Shown here piece by piece: positions 40,730 to 51,114 of a stretch of 64,000 nt of DNA. Numbering within the stretch: the stretch's first letter is position 1; the number at the start of each line of letters is the position of its first letter. Source of the DNA: an uncultured Actinomycetes bacterium (GTDB lineage Bacteria; Actinomycetota; Thermoleophilia; UBA2241); contig CAVWIH010000014.1 in assembly GCA_963755025.1 (NCBI GenBank), positions 96,001-160,000 on the forward strand. The letters run 5' to 3'. The notes below the pieces were generated by a model. That model was not told where the DNA came from, made no database searches, and worked only from the letters and a program-made list of their open reading frames with translations. Made by a program: the position numbers and the translations under genes.

Positions 40730-43526
40730 GTGGCCACCGTCGCCATCACCATCGAGGGCACACCCTACGAGGTCGACGACACCCGCAACCTCCTCGACAT
40801 CTGCCTCTCGCTGGGCTACGACGTGCCCTACTTCTGCTGGCACCCCGCCATGGGTTCGATCGGCGCCTGCCGGCAGTGCGCGGTCAAGCTCTACTGGGAC
40901 GACGACGACGACAAGGGCGAGGTCGTGATGTCCTGCCTCACCCGCCCCCGCGCCGGCAACCGCGTGGCGATCTCAGACGACGAGGTCGTGCGCTTCCGCG
41001 CCCGCGTCATCGAGCTGCTCATGACGAGCCACCCCCACGACTGCCCGGTCTGCGACGAGGGCGGCGAGTGCCACCTGCAGGACATGACGGTGATGACCGG
41101 CCACGTGTACCGCCGCTACACCTACGCCAAGCGCACGTTCGAAAACCACGACCTGGGCCCGTTCGTGACCCACGAGATGAACCGCTGCATCCAGTGCTAT
41201 CGCTGCCTGCGGTTCTACGTCGACTACGCCGGGGGACACGACTTCGCCGCCTTCGGCCTGCGCAACGAGGTCTACTTCGGACGGCTGCGCGACGGCGCCC
41301 TCGACAGCGAGTTCAGCGGCAACCTGGTCGAGGTCTGCCCGGTCGGGGTCTTCGACGACAAGACCTTCGCCGCCCATTACACGCGCAAGTGGGACCTGCA
41401 GACCGCGCCCGCCGTCTGCCCCTACTGCGCGCGCGGCTGCAACATCATCGCCGGCGAGCGCTACGGCGAGCTGCGCCGCGTGCTCAACCGCTACAACGGC
41501 GAGGTCAACGGCTACTTCCTCTGCGATCGCGGACGCTACGGCTACGGCTCGGCCAACGTCGCCGAGCGCGTGCGGCAGCCGCTCGTCGGCCTCGCCGGCC
41601 TGTCGGCCAGCGAGCTCGTGCGCGGCCTCGGCGCGCGCCTCGAGTCGGCCCTCGGCGAGCGCCGCGTGGCCGTCGGGGCGCGGCCCCGCGTAGCGCGGCC
41701 GCGCCCGGTCGGCATAGGCTCGCCGCGCGCCTCGCTCGAGGCCAATTTCGCCCTCAAGCGCATGGTCGGCGACGACCGCTTCTTCCTGGGCATGGCCGAA
41801 GGCGAGCACACCCTGGTCGCACGCGCAGTCGAGCTGCTGCGCGCCGGCCCGTCGGCCACTCCCACGCTGCGCGACATCGAGGCCGCCGACCTCGTCATCG
41901 TGCTCGGCGAGGACCTCACCAACACCGCGCCCATGCTCGACTTCGCGGTGCGCCGCTGGGCGCGGCTGCGGCCGACCGGCGACGAAGAGCGCCTCGGCAT
42001 CGCGCGCTGGAACGACGCCGGCGTCGGCATGGTCAAAAAGGAGGAGCCCAAGGCCCTGTGGATCGCCGCCACGCACGCCGGCAAGCTCGACGAGATCGCC
42101 GCCGAGGCCTGGCACGCGACGCCCGACGACCTCGCCCGCTTCACGCTGGCGCTGGCCGCGGCGCTCGCCCCGCAGCGCCGCCGGCGAGCGGCCAAGGCGC
42201 CGCTCTCAGACCAGGCCGCCCGCATCGAACGCTACGCGGCGGCCCTGCGCACGGCCGAGCGCCCCGTGGTGATCTCGGGCGTGAGCTGCGGCAGCGAGGC
42301 GCTGCTCGAGGCCGCGGCCGCCCTGGCGCGGGCTCTGCCGGGCCCGGCCGCCGCCGCGCCGCTCGCCCTGGTCGTGCCCGAGGTCAACACGCTCGGCCTC
42401 ATGCTGCTCGGCGGTCGGCGCCTGTCCGAGGCCTTCGACCTGGCCGCCGCGGGCGACGTCGAGGTCGCCCTCGTCATCGAGAACGACCTGTACCGGCGGG
42501 CACCGGCGGCCCCGGTCGACGCCTTCCTCAAAGCTTGCGGCACGGTGATCGTCGTCGACCACGTGAAGACCGCGACAGGGGCGGCGGCCGCCGCCGTGCT
42601 GCCGGCGGCCTCGTGGGCCGAGGGCACCGGCACGTTCGTCAGCCTCGAAGGACGCGCCCAGCGCTCGCTGCAGGTCATGCCGGCGCCGCGCCCGGTGCAG
42701 CCCACCTGGCGCTGGCTCTCGGCCTTGGCGGCGGCCGCGCGGCTGCCCGTGGGCCAGGACTGGATCACGCTCGACCACCTGCTCGACGAGCTTGCCCGCG
42801 AGCGGCCCGACCTGGCGCCGGCCACCCGCGCCGCGCCGCCGGCCGACGCCCGCTTCGTCGACATGAAGATCCCGCGCGAGGCGAGCCGCGCGAGCGGGCG
42901 CACCGCCATGCACGCCGACGTCTCGGTGTTCGACGCGCCGCCCCCCGCCGACCGCGACGCGCCCATGAGCTTCTCGATGGAGGGCTTCCCCGGCCGGCCG
43001 CCGGCGCCGCTGATCGCCCGCTACCACGCCCCGCACTGGAACTCGGTGCAGGCGCTCAACAAGTTCCAGGAAGAGATCGCCGGCCCGCTGCGCGGCGGCG
43101 ACCCCGGCGTACGGCTCATCGAGCCGCCGGTCGCCGACGCCGACGACGCCGGCGCGACCGGCGCGCGCCCTCTTGGCCGGCGCGGCGCCGGGCATGACCC
43201 CGGCGCCCGGCAGGCTGCTGGCCGTGGCCCGCCACCACATCTACGGCTCCGAAGAGCTCAGCATGCTGTCGCCGCCGGTCGCCGGACGCGCCCCCCGGCC
43301 CTATCTCGCCCTGGGACCGCTCGACGCGGCGCGGCTCGGCGCGCGCGAGGGCCGGCCGCTGGCCGTGGCGCTGCACGGCGCCGGCGAGCCGCGCCTCAGC
43401 CTGCCGGTGCGCATCGACGATTCGCTGCCCGAGGGCCTCGCCGGCCTGCCGGTGGGCCTGCCGGGCCTGCCCTTCCTCGACCTGCCGGCCGAGCTCGAGA
43501 TCGACGAGGGGGGCGGCCGTGCCTGA
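40730..43526 (+). CDS. nuoG: NADH-quinone oxidoreductase subunit G; frameshift near 43170
   Basis: FCWHP...GACRQC (N1b), HPHDCPVCDEGGEC (N5), CIQCYRC (N4), CPYCARGC...CDRGR (N7); C-terminus HIYGSEELS in ORF 43173..43526. Confidence 0.93.
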
Positions 43527-44538
43527 GGCCCTGCGCTCCACGCTCGACCTTGGCGGCGCGGCGCCGCTCGTGGCGGTCTCCGGGCTCACGGTGCTCTACG
43601 ACCTCGTGATCGTGCTGGTCGTGCTGGCCGGCGCGCTCTCCATAGCCGCCGGCCTGACCTGGTTCGAGCGCCGCCTGCTGAGCTTCTTCCAGGACCGCCT
43701 GGGGCCCAACCGCGTGGGTCCCGCCGGCCTGCTGCAGCCGCTTGCCGACACCGTCAAGATGTTCACCAAAGAGGACTGGATACCGCCCTTCGCCGACCCC
43801 TGGCTGTTCGTGCTGGCCCCGACGATCATCATCGTCTCGGTGCTGCTGGCGTTCGTCATAGTGCCGGTGAGCGGCTCGTTCGTGGTGGCCGACACCAACA
43901 TCGGCCTGCTGTTCTTTCTGGGCATGTCGTCGCTCGGGGTGTACAGCGTGGCGCTCGCCGGCTGGTCGTCGGCCAGCAAGTACTCGATCATCGGCGGGCT
44001 GCGCGCCGCCGCCCAGATGATGAGCTACGAGGTCTTCATGGGCGTCGCGCTGACCGGCGCGGTGCTGATGGCCGGCTCGTTCGACTTGAACAAGATCGTC
44101 GAAGGCCAGCGCGGCCTGTGGTACGTCATTCCGCAGTTCCCGGGCTTTCTCGTCTTTCTGCTGGCCGGCTTCGCCGAGATGCGGCGCATACCGTTCGACC
44201 TGGTCGAAGCCGAGAGCGAGCTCGTGGCCGGCTACCGCACCGAGTACTCCGGCATGAAGTCCGGCATGTTCCTGGTGGGCGAGTACCTCGGCATGACGCT
44301 GATCGCCGCCCTGATCGTCACCATCTACTTCGGCGGCTGGCTGGGGCCGGGACTGCCCAACTTCGTGTGGTTCCTGCTCAAGGTGTTCGTCTTCATCGTC
44401 TTCTTCATCCTGGTGCGCGGCACGCTGCCGCGGCCACGCTACGACCAGCTCATGGACCTCGGCTGGAAGATCCTGCTGCCGCTCTCGCTGGTCAACCTGG
44501 CCGTCACCGGGGCCATCATCCTGGCGGTGCAGAAATGA
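43519..44538 (+). CDS. nuoH: NADH-quinone oxidoreductase subunit H
   Basis: ERR...[46 protein letters not shown]. Confidence 0.95.
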   Translation: MPEALRSTLDLGGAAPLVAVSGLTVLYDLVIVLVVLAGALSIAAGLTWFERRLLSFFQDRLGPNRVGPAGLLQPLADTVKMFTKEDWIPPFADPWLFVLAPTIIIVSVLLAFVIVPVSGSFVVADTNIGLLFFLGMSSLGVYSVALAGWSSASKYSIIGGLRAAAQMMSYEVFMGVALTGAVLMAGSFDLNKIVEGQRGLWYVIPQFPGFLVFLLAGFAEMRRIPFDLVEAESELVAGYRTEYSGMKSGMFLVGEYLGMTLIAALIVTIYFGGWLGPGLPNFVWFLLKVFVFIVFFILVRGTLPRPRYDQLMDLGWKILLPLSLVNLAVTGAIILAVQK

Positions 44539-45047
44539 GCTACCTGCGCGGCCTGTGGATCGTCTTTCTGCACCTCTTCAAGCGCACCGACACGATCGAG
44601 TACCCCAAGGAGATGCTCTACCTGCCGCCGCGCTACCGCGGCCGCATCGTGCTCACGCGCGACCCCGACGGCGGCGAGCGCTGCGTGGCCTGCTACCTGT
44701 GCTCCGTGGCTTGCCCGGTCGACTGCATCGCCCTGCAGGCCACCGAGGACGAGAGCGGGCGCCGCTACCCGGCCTGGTTTCGCATCAACTTCTCGCGCTG
44801 CATCTACTGCGGCTTCTGCGAGGAGGCCTGCCCCACCTACGCCATCCAGCTCACGCCCGACGCCGAGATGAGCGAGTACCTGCGCCCCAGCATGGTCTAC
44901 GAAAAGGAAGACCTGCAGATCGCGGGCACCGGCAAGTACCACGACTACAACTTCTACCGGGTCGCCGGCCTCGCCATAGCCGGCAAGGGCAAGGGCGAGG
45001 CCGAGCACGAGGCCCCGCCGGCCGACCCGCGCCAGCTGCTGCCATGA
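44535..45047 (+). CDS. nuoI: NADH-quinone oxidoreductase subunit I
   Basis: [12 protein letters not shown] and [12 protein letters not shown]. Confidence 0.95.
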   Translation: MSYLRGLWIVFLHLFKRTDTIEYPKEMLYLPPRYRGRIVLTRDPDGGERCVACYLCSVACPVDCIALQATEDESGRRYPAWFRINFSRCIYCGFCEEACPTYAIQLTPDAEMSEYLRPSMVYEKEDLQIAGTGKYHDYNFYRVAGLAIAGKGKGEAEHEAPPADPRQLLP

Positions 45048-45063
45048 GAAACCGTCGCACGCC

Positions 45064-45804
45064 ATGACCGTGGTCTTCTACATAGCCGGCGCGATCGCCC
45101 TGCTCTCGACGCTGCTCGTCGTGACGTGCCGCAACACGATCCACGCCCTGCTCTACCTCGTGCTCTCGCTGCTCGCCGTCGCCATCGTCTTCTACACGCT
45201 GGGGGCGCCCTTCGTGGCCGCCCTCGAGGTGATCGTCTACGCCGGCGCCATCATCGTGCTGTTCCTCTTCACGGTGATGCTGCTGAACGTGGGCCGCGAG
45301 GCCGAAGGCGACGAGGCGCACCGCCTGCGCGCGATCAGCTTCCTGTGGCCCGGCCTGCTGGCCGCGGCGCTGCTGGTCGAGCTCGGCGTGGCCATCGCGA
45401 GCGGCCCTTCGGCCCAGGTCGGCGCTCGCGCCGTGGCGCCGCGCGCCGTCGGTATAGCCCTCTACGGGCCCTACGCCATCGGCGTCGAGCTGGCCTCGAC
45501 GCTGCTGCTCGCCGCCCTGATCGGCGCCCGCCACCTGGGTCAGCGCCAGGCCGAACAGAGCTTTGCCGACCTGGCGCTGGCGGCCGACACGGTCGCGTCG
45601 CCCCCCGGCGGCGACGACCGGCAGCTCGTGGCGGTCGGCGCGCCGGCGGCCGAGGCGGCGGCGCCCGGCGGCGAGCCCGGCGAGGCATCCGCCGACGACA
45701 GGTCGGGCGGCGCGGTGGGCACGGCCGGCGAAGCCCCGCCGCAGGCGCCCGACGACGCGCCCGCGCCGGGCGGCACCAGGTTCTGGCGAAAGGGAGACGA
45801 CTGA
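45064..45804 (+). CDS. nuoJ: NADH-quinone oxidoreductase subunit J with a long low-complexity C-terminal tail
   Basis: [35 protein letters not shown]. Confidence 0.92.
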   Translation: MTVVFYIAGAIALLSTLLVVTCRNTIHALLYLVLSLLAVAIVFYTLGAPFVAALEVIVYAGAIIVLFLFTVMLLNVGREAEGDEAHRLRAISFLWPGLLAAALLVELGVAIASGPSAQVGARAVAPRAVGIALYGPYAIGVELASTLLLAALIGARHLGQRQAEQSFADLALAADTVASPPGGDDRQLVAVGAPAAEAAAPGGEPGEASADDRSGGAVGTAGEAPPQAPDDAPAPGGTRFWRKGDD

Positions 45805-46112
45805 TGGCCCACGTGCCTTTCGAGTACGGGCTCTACCTGGCGGCCGCGCTGTTCCTGGTCGGCCTGGTCGGCGTGCTGGTGCGCCGCAACCTGATCTTCG
45901 TGCTGGCCTCGATCGAGATCATGCTCAATGCCTCCGGCCTCGCCTTTGTGGTGGCCGGCTCGCGCTGGGGACAACCCGACGGCCAGGTGATGTTCGTCTT
46001 CATCCTCGCCATGGCGGCCGCCGAAGTGGCCGTGGGCCTGGCGCTGGCGCTGCTGTTCCGCCGCGCCTTCGGCTCGCTCGACATCGACAAAGCCGACCAG
46101 ATGCGAGGCTGA
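45804..46112 (+). CDS. nuoK: NADH-quinone oxidoreductase subunit K
   Basis: [26 protein letters not shown]. Confidence 0.95.
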   Translation: MAHVPFEYGLYLAAALFLVGLVGVLVRRNLIFVLASIEIMLNASGLAFVVAGSRWGQPDGQVMFVFILAMAAAEVAVGLALALLFRRAFGSLDIDKADQMRG

Positions 46113-46113
46113 C

Positions 46114-48000
46114 GTGCTGCACCTGCTCTTCCTCGTGCCCCTGCTGCCCTTCGCCGGCTTCGTCATTCTGGCACTGGGCGGGCGGCGCCTGTCGCACGGC
46201 GGCGTCGCCGCCGTGGGCGCCGGCTCGGTCGGCCTGGCCGCCCTCGTGGCCCTCGCCGTCTCGATCGACTTCATGGCGAGCCCGCCGGCCGGCCACGCCT
46301 TCGACCAGGTCCTGTGGACCTGGTTCAGCGTGGCCGGCCTCAAGGTGCAGGTCGCCCTCTACCTCGACCCGCTGGCGGTCTGCTTCATCCTGATCGTGGC
46401 CTGCGTGGGGTTCCTCATCCACCTCTACTCGGTCGAGCACATGGCGCACGACGACGGCTTCGCCCGCTTCTTCGCCTACATGAACCTCTTCGTGGGCTTC
46501 ATGCTCGTGCTCGTGCTGGCCGACAACCTGCTGCTGCTCTACCTGGGCTGGGAGGGCGTCGGCCTGTGCAGCTACCTGCTCATCGGCTTCTGGTACAAGC
46601 ACTGGTACAACGGCTACGCCGCCCGCAAGGCGTTCGTCGTCACGCGCATCGGCGACACCGCCATGATCGTCGGTCTGTTCTTGCTGTTCACGCAGCTCGG
46701 CACGCTGCAGATCCAGCCGCTCATGGCGCGCGCCGCGGCGGCCTGGCCGCAGGGCTCCGCCCTGCCGGTGGCCGCCGCCCTGCTGCTGCTCGGCGGCGCC
46801 GTGGGCAAGTCGGCCCAGCTGCCGCTGCAGACCTGGCTGCCCGACGCCATGGCCGGCCCCTCGCCGGTCAGCGCCCTCATCCACGCGGCCACCATGGTCA
46901 CCGCCGGCGTCTACCTGATCGCCCGCACCAACGTGCTCTTCGACCTGGCGCCGGCGGCGCGCACCACCGTGGCCGTGGTGGGCGCGGCGACGCTCCTCTA
47001 CGCCGGGGTCAGCGCCCTGTTCCAGGTCGACCTCAAGCGCATCCTCGCCTACTCGACGATCAGCCAGGTCGGCTACATGTTCCTCGCCCTCGGCGTGGGC
47101 GCCTGGTCGGCCGGCATCTTCATGTTCATCACCCACGCCTTCTTCAAGGCCCTGCTGTTCCTCTCGGCCGGGGTGGTGATCGAGGCCATGGACGACGAGC
47201 ACGACATCTTCAAGATGGGCGGCCTGCGCACGCGCCTGCCGGTCGCCTTCTGGACGTTCCTCATAGGCGCCGCGGCCCTCGCCGCCCTGCCCATCGTGAC
47301 GGCCGGCTTCTACAGCAAGGACCTCATCATCGACCGCGCCCTGCAGTCGACCGAAGGCGGTTTCTGGCTGTGGATCGCGGGCATCGTGGGCTCGCTGCTC
47401 ACCGGCCTCTACGCCTTCCGCGCGGTGTTCGTGGTGTTCTTCGGCCCGGTGCGCACCGAGCCTCGGCCCGGTTTTCGTACCGGCCTTGCGGTGCGCCTGC
47501 CGCTCTTCGTGCTGGCCTTCCTGGCCGTCGCCGGCGGCCTCATCGACATTCCGCGCGGCTGGGCCCACCTGCAGAAGCTCGACGACTTCCTGGCGCCCGT
47601 GCTGCCCGCCACGCCGCTGCGCCACGGCGGCCTGGCGGGCGACCTGTGGACGACCTTCGTGCCGGGCGTCGTCGCCCTGGCCGGCATAGGCCTCGCCTGG
47701 CTGCTCTACGAGCGCCGCCGGCAGCTGGCCGCCGAAGCCGACACCTCGGTGGCCGCGCGCTACTTCCTGGGCGGCTGGGGCTTCGACTGGCTCTACCGCT
47801 ACGCCTTCGAGGTGCCGTTCCTGTGGTTCGCCCACGTGAGCCGCAACGACCTGTTCGAGCCGCCCGTCGACGCCATCGCCCACCTGGCGCGCGCCGGCTG
47901 GCGCGGCCTGTCGGCCACCCAGAACGGCCTCGTGCGCTCGTACGTCTTCGTGATCGGCTTCGGCGTACTGGTCGGCGTGTTGCTGGTGGTGCTGCGATGA
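46114..48000 (+). CDS. nuoL: NADH-quinone oxidoreductase subunit L
   Basis: GWEGVGLCSYLLIGFW, KSAQLPLQTWLPDAMAGPSPVSALIHAATMV, HAFFKALLF. Confidence 0.95.
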   Translation: MLHLLFLVPLLPFAGFVILALGGRRLSHGGVAAVGAGSVGLAALVALAVSIDFMASPPAGHAFDQVLWTWFSVAGLKVQVALYLDPLAVCFILIVACVGFLIHLYSVEHMAHDDGFARFFAYMNLFVGFMLVLVLADNLLLLYLGWEGVGLCSYLLIGFWYKHWYNGYAARKAFVVTRIGDTAMIVGLFLLFTQLGTLQIQPLMARAAAAWPQGSALPVAAALLLLGGAVGKSAQLPLQTWLPDAMAGPSPVSALIHAATMVTAGVYLIARTNVLFDLAPAARTTVAVVGAATLLYAGVSALFQVDLKRILAYSTISQVGYMFLALGVGAWSAGIFMFITHAFFKALLFLSAGVVIEAMDDEHDIFKMGGLRTRLPVAFWTFLIGAAALAALPIVTAGFYSKDLIIDRALQSTEGGFWLWIAGIVGSLLTGLYAFRAVFVVFFGPVRTEPRPGFRTGLAVRLPLFVLAFLAVAGGLIDIPRGWAHLQKLDDFLAPVLPATPLRHGGLAGDLWTTFVPGVVALAGIGLAWLLYERRRQLAAEADTSVAARYFLGGWGFDWLYRYAFEVPFLWFAHVSRNDLFEPPVDAIAHLARAGWRGLSATQNGLVRSYVFVIGFGVLVGVLLVVLR

Positions 48001-49610
48001 TCCTTGTCGCGCTGCTCGCCTGGCCCTTCGTCGCCGGCATCGCCGCCTGGATCGCCGGCCGCCGCCGCCCCGACCTCGCCCGCTGGGTGTCGGTCCTGGC
48101 CATGGCCGCCGGCCTCGTCGCGGTGGTCGTCGAGTGGATCGCCAAGGCGCCCGACTTCTCGCTGTCCGGTCACGGCCCCTTCGTGGCGAGCGTGCACGTC
48201 GCCTGGGTGCCGCAGCTGGGCATCAGCTTCTTCGTGGCCGCCGACGGCTTCAGCCTGCTCATGGTCGCGCTGTGCTACGCCCTCGGCCTGCTCGCCGTGC
48301 TGTCGTCGTGGCACGACATCACCGAACGGGTCGGCTTCTTCCACTTCATGCTGCTCTGGACGATCGCGGCGCTGGTCGGGGTGTTCACTGCCCTCGACCT
48401 GTTCCTCTTCTACTTCCTGTTCGAGATGATGCTCGTCCCCATGTTCTTCCTGATCGCGCTGTGGGGCCACGAGCGGCGCGTCTACGCCGCCATCAAGTTC
48501 TTCCTGTTCACGCAGATCGGCGGCCTGCTCATGCTGGTCTCGATCCTCGCCCTGTACGTCATCCACGGCCGCCAGACCGGCGTGTACACCTTCGACTACC
48601 TGCGCTTGCTCGGCACGCACCTCTCGATGGCCACGGCGACCTGGCTCATGCTCGGCTTCTTCGCCGCCTTCGCCGTGAAGCTGCCCGCCGTGCCGCTGCA
48701 CACCTGGCTGCCCGACGCCCACACCCAGGCGCCGACCGCCGGCAGCCTCGTGCTCGCCGGCCTGCTCATCAAGATCGGCGCCTACGGGATGATCCGCTTC
48801 ATGGTGCCGCTGTTCCCCCAGGCCACGTTCCGCGCGGCGCCGGTGTTCATGGGCCTCGCCGTGCTCGGTATCCTCTACGGCGCGGCGCTGGCCTTCGCCC
48901 AGAAGGACCTCAAGCGCATGGTGGCCTACACCAGCGTGAGCCACATGGGCTTCGTGCTGCTGGCCATCATGGCGTGGAACACGCTCGCCCTGCAGGGCGC
49001 GGTGCTCGAGATCGTCTGCCACGCCTTCTCGACCGGCGCCCTGTTCGCCATCGTCGGCCTCATGCAGGAGCGTCTGCACACCCGCGACATCGACAGGATG
49101 GGCGGTTTGTGGCTCACGGCGCCGCGCCTGGGCGCGGTGACGCTCGTCTTCGCCCTGGCCAGCCTGGGACTGCCCACCCTGGGCAACTTCGTCGCCGAGT
49201 TCCTCATACTCATCGGCTCGTGGCGCGTGAGCGAACCGGCTACGGTGCTGGGCGCGGTGGGTCTGGTGGCCGCCACGATCTACTCGCTGTGGCTCGTGCA
49301 GCGCGTCTTCCAGGGGCGTGAGGCGCCGACCGTGACCATGCCCGACCTCACGGTGCGCGAGGGAGCGATGCTGGCCTTCATGGCGGCCCCGCTGCTCTGG
49401 CTCGGCGTCTACCCGCAGCCCATCTTCAACACCGTGCGACCGGGCCTCGCCGCCCTGCAGCAGCGCGCCGTGCGTGCGCCGGCGACGACGCCGTCCGCCT
49501 CTATCAGGCCGCCCACCGTGGCGGCCGCGGCCGCGCTGCGCGACCAGACCGCGCCCAAAGCGCCGGCGCCCGCCAGGGCGTCCGCGCCCACCGCCCGAGG
49601 CCTGCAGTGA
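47997..49610 (+). CDS. nuoM: NADH-quinone oxidoreductase subunit M
   Basis: FEMMLVPM, KLPAVPLHTWLPDAH, AYTSVSHMG, GLPTLGNFVAEF. Confidence 0.95.
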   Translation: MILVALLAWPFVAGIAAWIAGRRRPDLARWVSVLAMAAGLVAVVVEWIAKAPDFSLSGHGPFVASVHVAWVPQLGISFFVAADGFSLLMVALCYALGLLAVLSSWHDITERVGFFHFMLLWTIAALVGVFTALDLFLFYFLFEMMLVPMFFLIALWGHERRVYAAIKFFLFTQIGGLLMLVSILALYVIHGRQTGVYTFDYLRLLGTHLSMATATWLMLGFFAAFAVKLPAVPLHTWLPDAHTQAPTAGSLVLAGLLIKIGAYGMIRFMVPLFPQATFRAAPVFMGLAVLGILYGAALAFAQKDLKRMVAYTSVSHMGFVLLAIMAWNTLALQGAVLEIVCHAFSTGALFAIVGLMQERLHTRDIDRMGGLWLTAPRLGAVTLVFALASLGLPTLGNFVAEFLILIGSWRVSEPATVLGAVGLVAATIYSLWLVQRVFQGREAPTVTMPDLTVREGAMLAFMAAPLLWLGVYPQPIFNTVRPGLAALQQRAVRAPATTPSASIRPPTVAAAAALRDQTAPKAPAPARASAPTARGLQ

Positions 49611-51074
49611 ACGCCCGCGACACGATCACCCTGCTGCCCTTCATCGCGCTGACCCTGTCGGCGGTGATCGTCATGCTGGCCGGCACGTTCCACAGCAGCC
49701 ACCGGCTCACCGTGGGCCTCACGCTCGCCGGGCTCGTCTGGACCGGGGCCATGCTGCCCATCACCGCCGCGCGCGGCGGCCGCCAGGTCACCGCCCTGTT
49801 CCTGCTCGACGACTACACCCTGTTCTTCATGGGCCTGCTCGTGCTCACCACGGCCGGCGTCGTGCTCATCTCCTACGGCTATCTCGAGCGTCGCGAAGAG
49901 CACCCCCACGACTACTACACGCTGCTCCTGCTGGCCACGCTGGGTGGCGCCGCTCTCGTGGCCTCGACCCACTTCGCCTCGTTCTTCCTGGGCCTCGAAG
50001 TGCTCAGCGTGTCGCTGTACACGCTGATCGCCTACCCGCGCGCTGCGCGCCGGCTTCATAGAGGCCGGCGTGAAATACCTCGTGCTGGCGGCGGCCACGG
50101 CCGCGTTCCTGCTCTTCGGCATGGCGCTCGTCTACGCCGAGCTCGGCACCATGAGCCTGAACGCGTTCGCCCACCTGCACGTTACCGGCGGCGGGGCGGC
50201 CGAGACCTCGCTGCTCATCGGCGGCTTCGCCCTGATCATCGTGGGCATCGGCTTCAAGCTCGGCGTCGTGCCGTTCCACATGTGGACGCCCGACGTCTAC
50301 CAGGGCGCGCCCGCGCCGGTCACCGCGTTCGTGGCCACCGTGTCGAAGGGCGCCATGGTCGCCCTGCTGCTGCGCTACTTCCGTCAGGTGAGCCTGTCGC
50401 CCCACGACACGGTGTGGATCGTCTTCGCCATCATCGCCGCCGCCTCGATGATCGCCGGCAACCTCCTCGCCTTGCTGCAGGCCAACGTCAAACGGCTGCT
50501 GGCCTATTCGTCGATCGCCCATCTCGGCTACATCCTGGTCGCCTTCCTCGCCGTGGGCCGCACGGCGGCGGTCGCCGTGCTCTTTTATCTGGTGGCCTAC
50601 TTCGTCACCACGCTCGGCGCGTTCGGCATCGTCTCCGAGCTCTCCGGGGCCGAGGGCCGCGACGCCGACCGGATCGACGACTACCGCGGCCTCGGCGCCC
50701 GGCGTCCGCTGCTCGCCGCGACCTTCGCCGTGTCGCTGTTCTCGCTGGCCGGCATTCCGCTGACGGCCGGCTTTCTCGGCAAGTTCTACGTGGTGAACGC
50801 CGGCGCCGGCTCGCGACTGTGGTGGCTGCTCATCGTGCTCGTCGCCTCCAGCACGATCGGTCTCTACTACTACACGCGCATCGTCGTCGCCATGTACGTG
50901 CAGCAGCCCGCCGACGACCTTGTGGTGGACAGCTCGCCGGGCTCGCTCACGCTGGCCGGCAGCCGTGCCGGCGACGCCGTGCTGGTCGTCGTCACGGGCC
51001 TCGTCCTGTTCCTGGGTATCTATCCGTCACCACTCATCAGGCTGCTCGAGCACGTCGTGGCAGGACTGCCGTGA
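49607..51074 (+). CDS. nuoN: NADH-quinone oxidoreductase subunit N; frameshift near 50040
   Basis: FLGLEVLS in frame 49607; FKLGVVPFHMWTPDVYQGAP, LAYSSIAH, AGIPLTAGF in ORF 50070..51074. Confidence 0.93.
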
Positions 51075-51114
51075 CGCCCGTGACCGCCCGCCCAACAAGG
51101 AGCCGACCAGCGCG

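Noticed and set aside
39620-43609. 1329-aa ORF as a giant NuoG fusion
   Set aside because: Its first ~370 aa are an off-frame reading of nuoF. NuoG starts at GTG 40730, and its true C-terminus is in another frame.
46314-49610. 1098-aa ORF as a NuoL-M fusion
   Set aside because: The N-terminal half is an off-frame reading of nuoL; NuoM starts at ATG 47997.
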